64,000 nt of DNA from Eledone cirrhosa (GCA_964016885.1 OZ024744.1:58404001-58468000); one strand, 5' to 3'; counted from the stretch's first letter, positions 1 through 19,534 are shown. A program made the numbers and translations. Notes: a model not told the origin generated them from the sequence alone.

Positions 1-3940
<3,940 letters not shown>

Positions 3941-4116
3941 GCATGCACATCATAAAGATTCGACCATGAAATGCAAAAAAAAAAAGAAAAAGAAAAATAA
4001 TCGAATTTCAAACCATTTTTAGCTTAGTATCGCTATAGGTTCAAAGTGACACGGAGGAATTGATAAATTGACCATGATATCTGTGAGCCATGAGCAGTCT
4101 GTCATCTTTTCTGTAC

Positions 4117-4217
<101 letters not shown>

Positions 4218-4328
4218 ATATATATATGTGTGTGTGTATGTGTGTGTATACATATTTCATATATATTTGTAAAGATGTGGGATGTAATGGAGAAGTTAGA
4301 CTCCTGGAGTATTTATATGGAATTTATA

Positions 4329-4419
<91 letters not shown>

Positions 4420-4692
4420 ATATATATATATATTTAATATTTAATAAGATTGTTATACTAACCGAAACCGGTTATATTTGATGCAACAATTATAAAATTA
4501 TTCATTCTGTTGGATTAAAGAAAAAAGATCTTTAAAAATATATTTCTGTGCATCTTCACCTTCACGTTTTAACTATATGTATATATATATATATATCTTT
4601 CAGAAATTAAAGAAATATCAATACAATTAAAAAATGAAAGTATTACCTCGTAGAAAAAAAAAAGCATAAATAAAAGCATTAGTTCACATTGG

Positions 4693-4892
4693 NNNNNNNN
4701 NNNNNNNNNNNNNNNNNNNNNNNNNNNNNNNNNNNNNNNNNNNNNNNNNNNNNNNNNNNNNNNNNNNNNNNNNNNNNNNNNNNNNNNNNNNNNNNNNNNN
4801 NNNNNNNNNNNNNNNNNNNNNNNNNNNNNNNNNNNNNNNNNNNNNNNNNNNNNNNNNNNNNNNNNNNNNNNNNNNNNNNNNNNNNNNNNNNN
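4693..4892. other. Assembly gap (200 N)
   Basis: Run of exactly 200 n. Confidence 0.99.
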
Positions 4893-4970
<78 letters not shown>

Positions 4971-4987
4971 ATATATATATTATATTA

Positions 4988-5043
<56 letters not shown>

Positions 5044-5051
5044 TACTATAG

Positions 5052-5129
<78 letters not shown>

Positions 5130-5169
5130 GTATATTTATATATATACATATACATATATATATATATAC

Positions 5170-7361
<2,192 letters not shown>

Positions 7362-7530
7362 TCATTTAGTAAGTAATAGTAATAGTAATATTTTGAAATC
7401 TTAAGTAATGGATAATATTCTCTTGTCTTGTCTTGACATATCTTGGAGATGTCTTAAAGTACATGTGGTAAGCGGCGGTGCCTCAACATGGCCTCAGCCT
7501 GTCGCCTAGAACACGTAATAGAGTATTAGA

Positions 7531-7608
<78 letters not shown>

Positions 7609-7765
7609 GTACATATAAGCATACACACAATGGCAATTACGAATTTCCAACATTGACATTAGACTGTAAAACTATCTACAGTTTTACCAAACCGTCTCCC
7701 AACAGAATCATAATGATAATTTCTTGCACAAACCTATTTGGATATTTTACACATGCACACATACA

Positions 7766-7816
<51 letters not shown>

Positions 7817-8210
7817 GCACACACATCTACTCACAAGTACGTAAATCTATAGGGTGTATCAAAAAGAATCACCAGACATACTCGCTCGAGTATGGGACGA
7901 GTTTGACTATCGTATGTTGTGTGTTCGGAAGAGGGCATATTGAGCATTTCTAAAAATTGTAAATACAACTTTATATTCAGACATGTATTGTACAAGATAC
8001 CGCATGATTTGTTCTTTTGAAATCGGATGATTCTTTTTGATACACAATCTTTATACACTAACTTGAAAAGAGCCAATGCCAATGGCCAAAGCATTGATAT
8101 TTCGTCTTGTACTATTCTTCACGGGAAACACTTTTTCTTATCCATTTGATCTACCGACGTAGACCCACAACGGTTTGCTCAGTGTTTAACTCCTAACTAT
8201 GTACGCACAC

Positions 8211-8341
<131 letters not shown>

Positions 8342-8950
8342 CGTGTATTATTGACGGTCGTGACTGAGTACTCAAGGCTCACCACTTAGCCATAATATAT
8401 ATATATATGCAGAGAATATGTACACATCTTACATTGTCTTATTTTGGGCGATATATACTAAAGTTTTGCCTTAGTTTCGATAAAATAATTGGAAGACAAT
8501 TATATACGGGGTAAAATACCCATGTTAGTACATGTTATGTTTTTTTTTTGTTTTTGTTTTATTATAATTTAGGTCGACCGGGAGATACAACTGCCATACT
8601 CTTTCCCATCCCAAGTATCTTCTTAACATGGTGGAAGAGAATGTGGACGGGAGAGGCAACATTACTTATGATTAGTGCGGTTTAAGTTCAGTTTCTCAGT
8701 TTGAACTTTTAAAGGTCATTTTGTATTATACACACATACATATATATATATTTGGTGATTTTATACATATACATATATATATATATATACATGGTGATTT
8801 TTGTAGGGGCCGTAGCTAATGTGTGTATATCTGTGTTTGAAGAGCTGATTCTCCAACATTCGGACTTATATGCACAGGCGCAAACAAGTATTTATGTGTA
8901 ACAGATGTATTTCACAACTCGTATGTTAGTTATATGTGTATATACATATA

Positions 8951-9039
<89 letters not shown>

Positions 9040-9122
9040 CACCTACTGCTTGAGAAAAGGCACATGCGGTTATATTTACGTTTTATTTTATTTTTTACGT
9101 TTTTTTTCCTCTCCTCATCTTT

Positions 9123-9751
9123 TCAGTACATGAAATCATATGTTGTCGGTCTTTTAAGAGCGAGTCTCTCCGTCTTCTCTGTGTAACTCTCTTCTTGGTC
9201 TCCGTGCTCTTTCGCATCCTCGGCAACGTTCAACAGCTGGTTAAATAGTTTGAAAGTATCACGGCTGTTCAGAACTTTCTGTTCTTCATCCTCCTCGTCG
9301 TCGTCGTCGACCATTTGTGCATGGCTTCCTTTCAACTGGTTGTATCCGGGCTTACCATGTTTTTTCATCACGTGTGCGTACAGACGCTGTCTCTGCTCGT
9401 TGGCCTGCAAATCGAGTTCGATCTGTCGAGTGACAATGGCCGAACTTTTTCGCCAGACATTGAACTCGTAGTCGATCGGAATGATTCGTTCGGCTATCAC
9501 TTTGATCATAATGACAGCTTTGCCGCTTTTCACCCACAGGTCAACGTTTTCGGCAATCGAGTCGAAGTTGTCCGTGTGGTTGGAAGAGATTTTGCTGCCG
9601 TCAGCGTGTATGAAGTCAATGTCGCCTTGAATCTCTTCGTGTTTGTGTTCCACGTTGATGCTCTGTTTGATGTCTTTGGAATCGATGTTGCTCAAACGGG
9701 ACAGCAGTGTTTTCGTCAGTTTCTGCTTACTTTGAGTATCTTTCTTCATCA
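9123..9751 (-). CDS. Probable terminal coding exon of an unidentified host gene (~208 aa, ends ...[10 protein letters not shown])
   Basis: Stop-free, non-repetitive, GC-elevated ORF with globular-looking composition; pyrimidine-rich acceptor atcttctgtttcag|tg (phase 1) at 9752-9765; stop at 9123-9125; AATAAA on the minus strand near 9082-9087; no TE motifs. Confidence 0.72.
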
Positions 9752-10079
9752 CTGAAACAGAAGATGATAACAACTTTTAACAACAACAACAACAAAAAAA
9801 TGACCATAATAGAAAAAAACTCAATCCCACAAAAAGACAATTTATGCAATAGAAATAACAACAAAAACAACAACAATGATAATTGAAATAGAATTAGAAA
9901 TAGAAGCTTCGCGTTAACATTGGCTACATAATATAGTCAAATAATGGGGCGTATATACCCACTGAACGGAATGTTAATACCACAAGGGCTTTACTTTAAG
10001 AAAACATTATGACGACACCGGATGAAAACATTGTGTGCATGTGTGTGTGTTGGTGTGTATGCGTGTGTTGGTGTGTATG

Positions 10080-10806
10080 CAGTAAATGGGAGCAAAAACC
10101 ACTGCATAGGCAATATGATCTCTGTTCCAAAGATCCTGATGTAGATCAAACTCTCACCCATCAGTGGATGCAGAGTTCTGGGCTAAAGGCAGAGAGTGGG
10201 GGCTTCCTTTTTGCCGCACAAGACCAGTGTCTTTCAACGCTCAACTTTCAAGCTAATGTGACCAGAAACGGAACTGACCCAAATTTTCGATTCTGCGATG
10301 AGCATATTGTGACCATGGACCACTTAGTTCCAAGCTGCAAAGTATAGCACCCCGGGAATATAAAACAAGGCATGATAGAGTGGGGCAATACTTACACTGG
10401 GTAATGTGCAGGTTCTATGGTCTGAAAATGGAGGGAAAATGGTACAACTATCACCCAGATGCAGAAACAGGAGGAAAGAACATGACAATCTTATGAGATT
10501 TCCCTGTGAACATTGACAGAACAATCAAGGCCAACAGACCTGATATAATTGTGAAGGACCATAAAGAGAAAACATTTCTTAATTGACATGAGCATTCCAT
10601 CAGATCATAACATCTCGAAAGAGTTTGGAAAGCTCAGTAAGTATCTATCAATTGAAATTGAGAAAGTGTGGCACCATAATGCCTGTACTACACTAGTGAT
10701 AGTCGGTGTACTTGGAATGATAAAAAAGGGAACTGAACAATATTTGGACCAGATACCAGGAAAGCCATCTCTGCAAGAGATACAGGAAACAGTGCTGACA
10801 AACAGT
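10080..10806 (+). mobile_element. R4/Dong-like non-LTR retrotransposon 3' fragment (CCHC finger + REL endonuclease), decayed
   Basis: Motifs LKAESGGFLFAAQDQCLST, RFCDEHIVTMDHLVPSC, RHDRVGQYLHW, IKANRPDIIVKD, IDMSIPSD, VIVGVLGMIKKG with stops and frameshifts. Confidence 0.88.
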
Positions 10807-10809
10807 CTA

Positions 10810-12148
10810 GATATGTAACAGTGACATTGGAATGGAATTTGGGATTTCCAAATGTTCTGAACTCAACATGAAAAGAGGGAAGAGAGCATGGGAGAACCAG
10901 AAGATAGATGTAGATGATATTTTACACACAGAAATGAAACAAAAAGTTAGAGGGATATATTTAAAAAGGGTAAAAATGATTTCAAAATCCAACTTGAATG
11001 CGAGAAATCTGATCACTGCAATGGATGTTGCAGTGATTAGATATAGTGCATCCATTCTCAGTTGGACTGAAGAAGAAATATCAAAATTTGATAGAAAGAC
11101 GAGAAAATTAATGACATTACTATATACAGAGCTTTACACTCTAAAGCAAATATTAATAGACTATACACGAAGAGAAGGAATGGTGGGAGAGGCCTCGTCT
11201 GTATGGATTATTGTATAAGAAGTAAAAGGAGAAAGCTTGGAGAATATTTGGTAAACAGTGACGAATAATTGTTGCAATATGCAGCAGAAGATATAGGTAT
11301 AAATGCAGTAGAAATGGTTGGAAAGGAAGAGTTTAACCAAAGAGCTGAAGAGAAAAGAAAAGAACTAGAAATGAGAATACATGGTCAGTTTGAAAGAAAT
11401 ACATAGGATAACAAAGATAAAACAACATTGTGGATATGGCTTAATCAAGGCGATTTGAAAGGTGCCACGATTTGAAAGGTACAAGATCAAGCTTTTGCTA
11501 CCAATTCGATGCAGGCTCTGTGGAAAGAATGTGGAAAATGTAATCCACTTGGTAAGTGAATGTGAGAGCCTTGCGCAAAAAAAATTCAAGCGCCATGATA
11601 AAGTCTGTCTATACCTTCATTGATTTTTGTGTTTAAATACTAATACGAAGTAATAGAGAACTGACATGAGCATGTGTCTTGTAAAGTAATGCAGGAGGAT
11701 GGGAAAGCAACGATATTCTGGCATTATGATTTTCAGACAGAGTAATTAAGCATCGCCGACTGGTTATTATTGTATTGAACAAGAAAGACAAATACTGTCA
11801 GATCATAGATGTAGCCATACCAAATGACATGTGTATTGTGAGTAAGGAGACGGAAAAAATCACCAAGTACTCAGAATTAAGTGGAGATGGCAAGACTATT
11901 TGGAATGCAAGAGGGTAATGTGAAAGTGATACCACTTGTGATCGGGGCTTCACGGTCAATCCCATTGAAACTTCAAGACTTCTTAAAGTGACTGGGAATA
12001 CCATACAGGTTAGGTGTCATACAAAAGGTGGCTTTACTAGGTACTGCACACGTTTTAAGGAAAGTATTATCTGTCTGTTACGACTTGACAGATGACTAAA
12101 CACCGCGGTGCATTATCCAGCTGCATTGCGTGACAGAGTGATAATAAT
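10810..12148 (+). mobile_element. Second R4/Dong-like LINE fragment (RT thumb to REL end) with (TAA)-like tail
   Basis: DIGMEFGISKC, LNARNLITAMDVAVIRYS, FDRKTRKLMT, RNGGRGL, CRLCGKNVENVIHLVSEC, IIDVAIPND, QKVALLGTAHVLRKVL; internal deletions. Confidence 0.88.
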
Positions 12149-12149
12149 G

Positions 12150-12359
12150 ATTTCTAGTATAGGAACAAGGCCAGCAATTTGGTGGGAGGGGAAAGTCGAT
12201 TAAATCGACTCCATTAATGGTACTTTATTTTATCGACCCCGTAAGGATGATAGGCAAAGTTAACCTCGACAGGATTGAATCCAGACCGCGTAAAGGGCCG
12301 TAACTCTATCTTGCAAAGCATGGTGTCCAACACTCTACCGATACTGCCAATCCACCGCC
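12150..12359 (-). mobile_element. tRNA-derived SINE (dominant family of the window)
   Basis: Reverse complement of ggcggtggattggcagtatcggtagag...gtcgataaaataaagtacc...ggccttg. Confidence 0.85.
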
Positions 12360-12530
12360 CTCGACAGAGCGATAATAATAATCTTCATATTGGCCATACA
12401 TACTATCGAAAAGGTGTCATACAAAAAGGTAACAAAACGAGCGCTTGTATATGTATGCATACATGCATGTATGTACGTATGTATGTATTTTTTGTATGTA
12501 TGTACGTATTTATGTATGTATATATACATG

Positions 12531-12564
<34 letters not shown>

Positions 12565-12570
12565 TGTATG

Positions 12571-13177
12571 TCAGGTCACCAGTTGGTGCTACTGGTAACA
12601 TGTATCCCAGTACAACCTGTCTCATGGTCGGGTCGTTGGCGACTAAACTGGCAACCCTACCAAGGTTTCTTGGTGAGGAGGGTGACTTTGGACATCCTGC
12701 AGGACTAAAAACAAAACCTGTCAAAGGGCAAGGGAGCTCTTAAGACTCAATAGCCATCCAAAATCACCGGGAGAGATGACCCCTTAGCCTTTGTCAAGGC
12801 AGAATTCTAGGAGAAGGAAAACTCTGATATAACACCTGCAACCCTGATGGTATCCAATGATGTTGACTTGTTCTTCTTTTTGGTAAATATCATCTTGGTT
12901 AAGAGAGTGGGACTGGCTTTGTGCAGTGCCTTTGCTCACTATAAAAGCTTCACAGCACAGGCATTGCTTTATATCTGGAGATCTCTCTGCACTTGTCATC
13001 ACATGGTACCATGGGCCCTGCACTATGTGTCAATAATGGTCACAAGTGTAGTCTTTGTACCAGAGTTTTCAAGTCGCTGGCTGGACTAAAAAGTCACATT
13101 CGTTCAGCGCATCGGTAGGGGTTCTCCTACATGGATATAAAGTAGTGGCCGTACTCGAAAACGAGTTGGCAGCCACC
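12571..13177 (+). mobile_element. ~600-bp bipartite RTE-derived non-autonomous retroelement, full length, in (TATG)n
   Basis: Four near-identical copies in the window; RTE-type 5' UTR motif ctaggagaaggaaaactctga; 3' part encodes HKCSLCTRVFKSLAGLKSHIRSAHR* (C2H2, 13041-13118); (ATGT)n tail. Confidence 0.8.
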
Positions 13178-13251
13178 ATGTATGTATGTATGTATGTATG
13201 CATGTATGCACGTATGCACGTATGCATGTATGTATGTATGTATGTATGTAT

Positions 13252-13847
13252 GTTGGTGCTACTGGTAACATGTATCCCAGTACAACCTGTCTCATGGTCG
13301 GGTCGTTGGCGACTAAACTGGCAACCCCACCAAGGTTTCTTGGTGAGGAGGGTGACTTTGGACATCCTGCAGGACTAAAAACAAAACCTGGCAAAGGGCA
13401 AAGGAGCTCTTAAGAGTCAATGGCCATCCAAAATCACCGGGAGAGATGACCCCTTAGCCTTTGTCAAGGCAGAATTCTAGGAGAAGGAAAACTCTGATGT
13501 AACACCTGCAACCCTGATGGTATCCAATGATGTTGACTTGTTCTTCTTTTTGGTAAATATCATCTTGGTTAAGAGAGTGGGACTGGCTTTGTGCAGTGCT
13601 TTTGCTCACTATAAAAGCTTCACGGCACAGGCATTGCTTTATATCTGGAGATCTCTCTGCACTTGTCGTCACATGATACCATGGGCCCAGCACTATGTGC
13701 CAATAATTGTCACAAGTATAGTGTTTGTACCAGAGTTTTCAAGTCGCTGGCTGGACTAAAAAGTCACACTCGTTCAGCGCATCGGTAGGGGTTCTCCTAC
13801 ATGGATATAAGGTAGTGGCCGTACTCGAAAACGAGTTGGCAGCCACC
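13252..13847 (+). mobile_element. Second copy of the bipartite RTE-derived element, tandem to the first
   Basis: Near-identical to 12571-13177, slightly 5'-truncated, separated by (TATG)n. Confidence 0.82.
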
Positions 13848-14108
13848 ATGTATGTATGTATGTATGTATGTATGTATGTATGTATGTATGTATGTATGTA
13901 TGTATGTATACATACATGTATGTATCTATATATACGTGTGTGTATGTATGTATATATACATGTATGTAGGAATATATGTATGTATGTATGTACGAATATG
14001 TATGTATGTATGTATATATGTATGTATACATACATGTATATATGTGTGTATGTATGTATATATACATGTATGTAGGCATATATTTATGTATGTATAAATA
14101 TATGTATG

Positions 14109-14657
14109 TTATCTCTTTCTCTTAATTTCGAGTATATTTTTTTGACCGGCCACCTTCCTGGTGGCAAGGTTGTAAAAGAAAAGAAATTGTCATCCCTTGA
14201 ATCGCAAGAGTATTTTGCAAATTTTGAAGGTGCCAGCTATCGCAGCCATTTGTAGACTATGAATTAGGGAGCTTCGCTCTTTGTCCGCAAATCCAAGTTC
14301 GGTCATACTTTGGTCCAAGCGGGTTGGTATATAACCCGTAGCACCAATAATGATGGGTATGAAGCTAAAGGTGTATCTTGGATACTGGATTTGTAAACTC
14401 CTCATCAATGGTCCGTAGATGCTCTCCTTCTCCTGTATTTTTCTGACAACGTTTACATCAAGTGGGCAGCTGATCTCCACAACAGAACACGTTTTCAATG
14501 TGTGGTCCCAAACAACAATATCAGGCCGGTTGTGCTTTAATTTGGTGGCAGTTTTTATTTTCAGGTTCCACCAGTATTCCTTAGTGCCATCTGTCTCAAT
14601 ATATTCTTCCTCGTTTGTTGTTAATTTTGTTTTCCGAAGTGCATTCCAGATGGTTCG
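14109..14657 (-). mobile_element. 5'-truncated REL-endonuclease LINE (R4/Dong/NeSL-like) inserted in (CATA)n
   Basis: Intact C-terminal frame ...KHNRPDIVVWD...VVEISCPLD...QEKESIY...IPIIIGATG...RFKG* then 3' UTR; both junctions in (CATA)n. Confidence 0.85.
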
Positions 14658-14785
14658 TATGTATGTATGTATGTATGTATGTATGTATGTATGTATGTAT
14701 GTATGTATGTATGTATGTATGTATGTATGTATGTATGTATGTACGTATGTATGTATTATATGTATGTATGTATTATATGTATGTA

Positions 14786-15253
14786 TATGGTCGGGTCGTC
14801 GGCGACTAAACCGGCAACTCAACCAAGTTTACTTGGTGTGGAGGGTGATTGTGGACACCCTGCAGGACAAAAAACAAAACCTGACAAAGGGCGGAAGAAC
14901 TCATAAGAGTCAATGGCCATCCGAAAGTGTGTAAATATGTATATAGACATGTACCGCGTGGTTAAACCACTGGGAGTGAAGGACTCCTAGCCTTTGTCAG
15001 GGAATTCTTCTAGGAGAAGGCAACTCAGGAAACTGGGATAACTCCGATATAAAACCTGTGGCTCAGTAGTTACCGATGATGTTGATCTTTTCTTCTTTTC
15101 GGGTTATAGCTACTGTCGCTCAGAGAGTGGGATTGGCTCAGTGCACAGTCTTTCCTCATTTTACTCACAGGCATTGCACGATAGAATTAATTAATAATTA
15201 TTAATAATGGTATATTGTGCAATGGCCATACTCGATAACGAGGGAGCAGCCAT
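14786..15253 (+). mobile_element. Diverged subfamily copy of the bipartite RTE-derived element
   Basis: Shares blocks ggtcgggtcgt.ggcgactaaac, cctgcagga, ctaggagaagg, gatgatgttga, agagagtggga, cacaggcattgc and tactcga.aacgag..gcagcca; lacks the zinc-finger segment. Confidence 0.75.
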
Positions 15254-15493
15254 CGTGTATATATGTATGTATATCTGTATGTATGTATTATGTATGTATT
15301 ATATGTATGTATATATTATATGTATGCATGTATGTATATATGTATGTAATATATATGTATGTATGTATATATGTATGTATTATATATGTATGTATATGTA
15401 TGTATGTATATCTTACATATAATATATACATACATATATGTATGTATGTATATGTATGTATATCTTACATATAATATATACATATATGTATGA

Positions 15494-15524
<31 letters not shown>

Positions 15525-16359
15525 TGTATGTATGTATGTATGTATGTATGTATGTATGCATGCATGCATATATATATTTTAACGGCAATGTCATGATTCA
15601 ACCAAAGAAATGTTGTCCATTCTGTTTCACTGAGTTGCAAAACCTCATGTGGATGTTGCCTCAAGGATGACACAATTGAAAAAGCATTACCTCTGACTGA
15701 TAGCGAAGGAGACGCGCAGAAAGATCAAATCCAGCTCGAGATGGAGATTGAGGCTCATTCTCGCAGGATAATTTGTTGCCCTATTTTTACAAATCAGCTC
15801 CAGCCCCTTTTATTTTAGAATATGGCAATCCAAAGATTATATGGAACTGACCAGGAACTACAAGTCTAGCATAATTTCCACGACAAATTAGACAATGACA
15901 TTTTAATATTTAACAAACCCCCAAACTAGTCCGTTACAACCTTATCGATATATATTCTGGTTAAGTCACCAGAAGGTCGGATAGAATTCTTCGCAGTATT
16001 TCATTCTGGCTCTCTGAGCCCTGAGTTTAAATCCCACCGAAATTGACTTTACTTTCATCCTATCGAGATCAATAAATAAAGACCGACTCAGATACTGGGG
16101 GCGATTCATATTCTGTGTTTTAACCCAGTTCGAAATGCCCTAAACACACCGCTTGTCATGACGGCGGCGCTTCCTACGACTCCATCAGAAGCTACGGATC
16201 CATTATTTACCTTACATAAAGTAAAGCAACACCTAAAGAAAATTTACTGTGCGGTGTCTACATTGATATGTATGATAAGGGACGGATGGATGAAGAAGGA
16301 ATACTAATTGATTTAAATATATATTGATCTAAATGAGGATCCAGCCGGATGAATTGGAG

Positions 16360-16460
16360 AAAGAAGAAGCAGAAAAAGAAAAAGAAAAAGAAAAAGAAAA
16401 AGAAAAAGAAAAAGAAGAAGAAGAAGAAGAAGAAGAAGAAGAAGAAGACGACGACGACGA
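16360..16460. repeat. (GAAAAA)n/(GAA)n/(GAC)n simple repeat
   Basis: Direct reading. Confidence 0.85.
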
Positions 16461-16487
16461 CCTAAATCTCCAGGATATTAGTTTGAA

Positions 16488-16838
16488 ATGCCTTCTCTAC
16501 TCGTCTGGAATATTTTTAGAGCCTCCAAGACGGGAAACAAAAATAAAGGAACACAATTAACTGTTTTACACGGAAGTGTCACAAGTCATTTGCAACCCTC
16601 TCGACCTTTCTATTAATAAACCGTTTAAAACTTTCATGAGTTAAAAATAGAACAACTCGATATAGCAGGAAGATTTTGCTACAACACCTAGTGGACGGAG
16701 AAAATACGAACATTTGCTTAGGTGTAAATATGGGTGAAAACTTCGTGAGGAAAGAAGTGACAAAAGGATAATGGTATGTCTTTAAAATGTGGTATCAGTA
16801 ACGCAATGAGTGATACCAAGGATGACATATTCTTCGAG
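16488..16838 (+). pseudogene. pogo/Tigger-family DDE transposase C-terminal remnant
   Basis: Across frames: LLVWNIFRA, NPLDLSINKPFKTFM (QPLD..IN.PFK motif), TTPSGR, LKCGISNAMSDTKDDIFFE; many stops. Confidence 0.8.
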
Positions 16839-18140
16839 GTGATGGTATACCATAGAGATAATAAAGGTGTGTTTTATAAACTTTTTTATATTCTGAAAAG
16901 TACGGAAACTTTATTTCAGATACCACAAACCTATGCAAAGCTGGGAAAATACCCATGCCAGATGAGAAATTTAGTCCTTATTTCAACTGGAAAACGTAAG
17001 CCCTCATTTCAATTGGTAGAAGGCCCATATCCTCTGTGAAAGATAGTCATCATTTCAACTGGTAGAAAGCCCAGGTCCTTTGTGGGAAACGTAAGCTTCC
17101 ATTTCAACTTAATAGATCAAGGCCAGGCGTGAAATGTAGCCTCCCGCCCACCATTTCAAACAAGTAATTAAATATTTTAGTAATCTGTGCTAAATAAGTA
17201 TGATTTATATCTAACTTACAGATTTATATGTGTACATGTAGTGTATATGATGTAATTATATGAACAAAGCAGAACTAGAACTGTTTATCAAAATAGGCAA
17301 TTTTTTTCCCTAAAAGATCCCTTCTCTATGAGAAATAAACTTCCACTAGGAGAGAACACCAATTTATCACAGGTAATTTCACCAGATGATTTAGTACCTA
17401 TGTAAAGTGTGGTGATGTACAATTTAGTGTTGTATACAGTAACACGACAGAAAGTGAGAGACTAAACTACATCAGGCTAAAACACGTGTCGATCACAAGT
17501 AACATTAAAACATGATCTGGTAGTACCAAGGTGGACTGTGGTAATGTAGACTATAGTGTTGTGTAAATAAACACAAGAGAATGGGTGAGAAATAAATCTC
17601 CACCATGTTAGGACGCCAGTTTATCACAGGTAACATTCCCACATGAGGTTGACTGTGGTACGAAAACAGGGACGATAAATCTTTACCAAGATAGGACACC
17701 AATCTATCACAGGAAACTTTACCAGCTGATCAGCTACATAGTCTAGTTAATATAGTGTTTTATGCAGACACCCCACCCAAACTATTGCCCTCTATTTCAC
17801 CTTCAAAAATATTGTCTATTATTAAAAAACGGCTCAAGCGTTTATTTTTGTTGAGGGTTATTAAACTAATGTTAACGGATGGACGCAGCAGATTTGCTTT
17901 GTCACCATTCATGTGGTCCTGGGTTCGATCCCACGGCTTGGTATCTTGAGCTGGTGTCATTTACCAAGGTCTCGAGTCGACTCAAATCTTCCGAGTCAAA
18001 TTGTGCAGAAAACATCTCATAGACTGTACCTGTAATTTAAAAAGTCTAGCCCCATCACAGACTGTGCCATGTTGAATCTCCCTGAGAATTACGTCAAGAG
18101 AGTACGTATCCGTAGAACGGTTAATCACTTACACCATAAT

Positions 18141-18329
18141 TGTTTCTACTATTTTTGGCACAAGTCCAGCAATTACCCAGTGCATTACTGGTACTTTATT
18201 TTATCGACCCCGTAAGGATGAAAGGCAAAGTTAACCTCGGCGGGATTTGAACTCAGAATGGCAAGGGCCCTAACTCTATGCGTCAAAGCATAGCGTCCGA
18301 CCCTCTACCGATACTGCCAATCCACCGCC
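18141..18329 (-). mobile_element. tRNA-derived SINE, full length, with 18-bp target-site duplication
   Basis: aatcacttacaccataat at 18123-18140 and 18330-18347; inserted in an older repeat. Confidence 0.9.
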
Positions 18330-18634
18330 AATCACTTACACCATAATACAAGATCATCTGTAACTGTAATTCAAAGAGCCAGCTTTATCAGTCACTGCGA
18401 CATTCTGAATCTCTCCGAGAATTACTTTAAGAGTACACATGGATGATACATTCCAGTACACATATTATATTACTGGGATGTTAAAATGTTGATGGCAATA
18501 CTAAGCTGGTACTTGGATACTAGAACTTAAGATATCAGCATAAGCTGAGATATACAGTTTTGTGGCTACCTTGCCACAGGCCTGTAGTCACACAATGCAC
18601 ATACATATAAACATATATATGTATACACCTACAT

Positions 18635-19241
18635 GGTGGCTGCCAACTCGTTTTCGAGTACGGCCACTACTTTATATCCATGTAGGAGAACCCCTACCGA
18701 TGCGCTGAACGACTGTGACTTTTTAGTCCAGCCAGCGACTTGAAAACTCTGGTACAAACACTACACTTGTGACAATTATTGACACATAGTGCTGGGCCCA
18801 TGGTACCATGTGACGACAAGTGCAGAGAGATCTCCAGATATAAAGCAATGCCTGTGCCGTGAAGCTTTTATAGTGAGCAAAGGCACTGCACAAAGCCAGT
18901 CCCACTCTCTTAACCAAGATGATATTTACCAAAAAGAAGAACAAGTCAACATCATTGGATACCATCAGGGTTGCAGGTGTTATATCAGAGTTTTCCTTCT
19001 CCTAGAATTCTGCCTTGACAAAGGCTAAGGGGTCATCTCTCCCGGTGATTTTGGATGGCCATTGACTCTTAAGAGCTCCTTTGCCCTTTGACAGGTTTTG
19101 TTTTTAGTCCTGCAGGATGTCCAAAGTCACCCTCCTCACCAAGAAACCTTGGTGGGGTTGCCAGTTTAGTCGCCAACGACCCGACCATGAGACAGGTTGT
19201 ACTGGGATACATGTTACCAGTAGCACCAACTGGTGACCTGA
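18635..19241 (-). mobile_element. Third full-length copy of the bipartite RTE-derived element
   Basis: Reverse complement of 12571-13177; flanked by CATA-type repeats. Confidence 0.82.
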
Positions 19242-19447
19242 CATACACACATATATACGTGCGTACGTAAATACATTACACATATACATAGGTACACATA
19301 CATAAATATATACATAAATACAAACATACAATGCTTACGCACATATGTATATAAGTACATACATGCATGCTTGTATGTATGTATGTATATTTACATACAT
19401 GCATACATACATACACACATACATGCATACATACATAGACACATACA

Positions 19448-19503
<56 letters not shown>

Positions 19504-19534
19504 CATACATGCATATTTACATACATACATACAT

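Noticed and set aside
13041-13118. Host C2H2 zinc-finger gene exon
   Set aside because: Single finger inside a dispersed multi-copy element with a simple-repeat tail
15691-15780. Possible 90-nt minus-strand exon with a gag|gtaatg donor
   Set aside because: Poor acceptor, and the frame that would join the phase-1 terminal exon contains a stop; no other support
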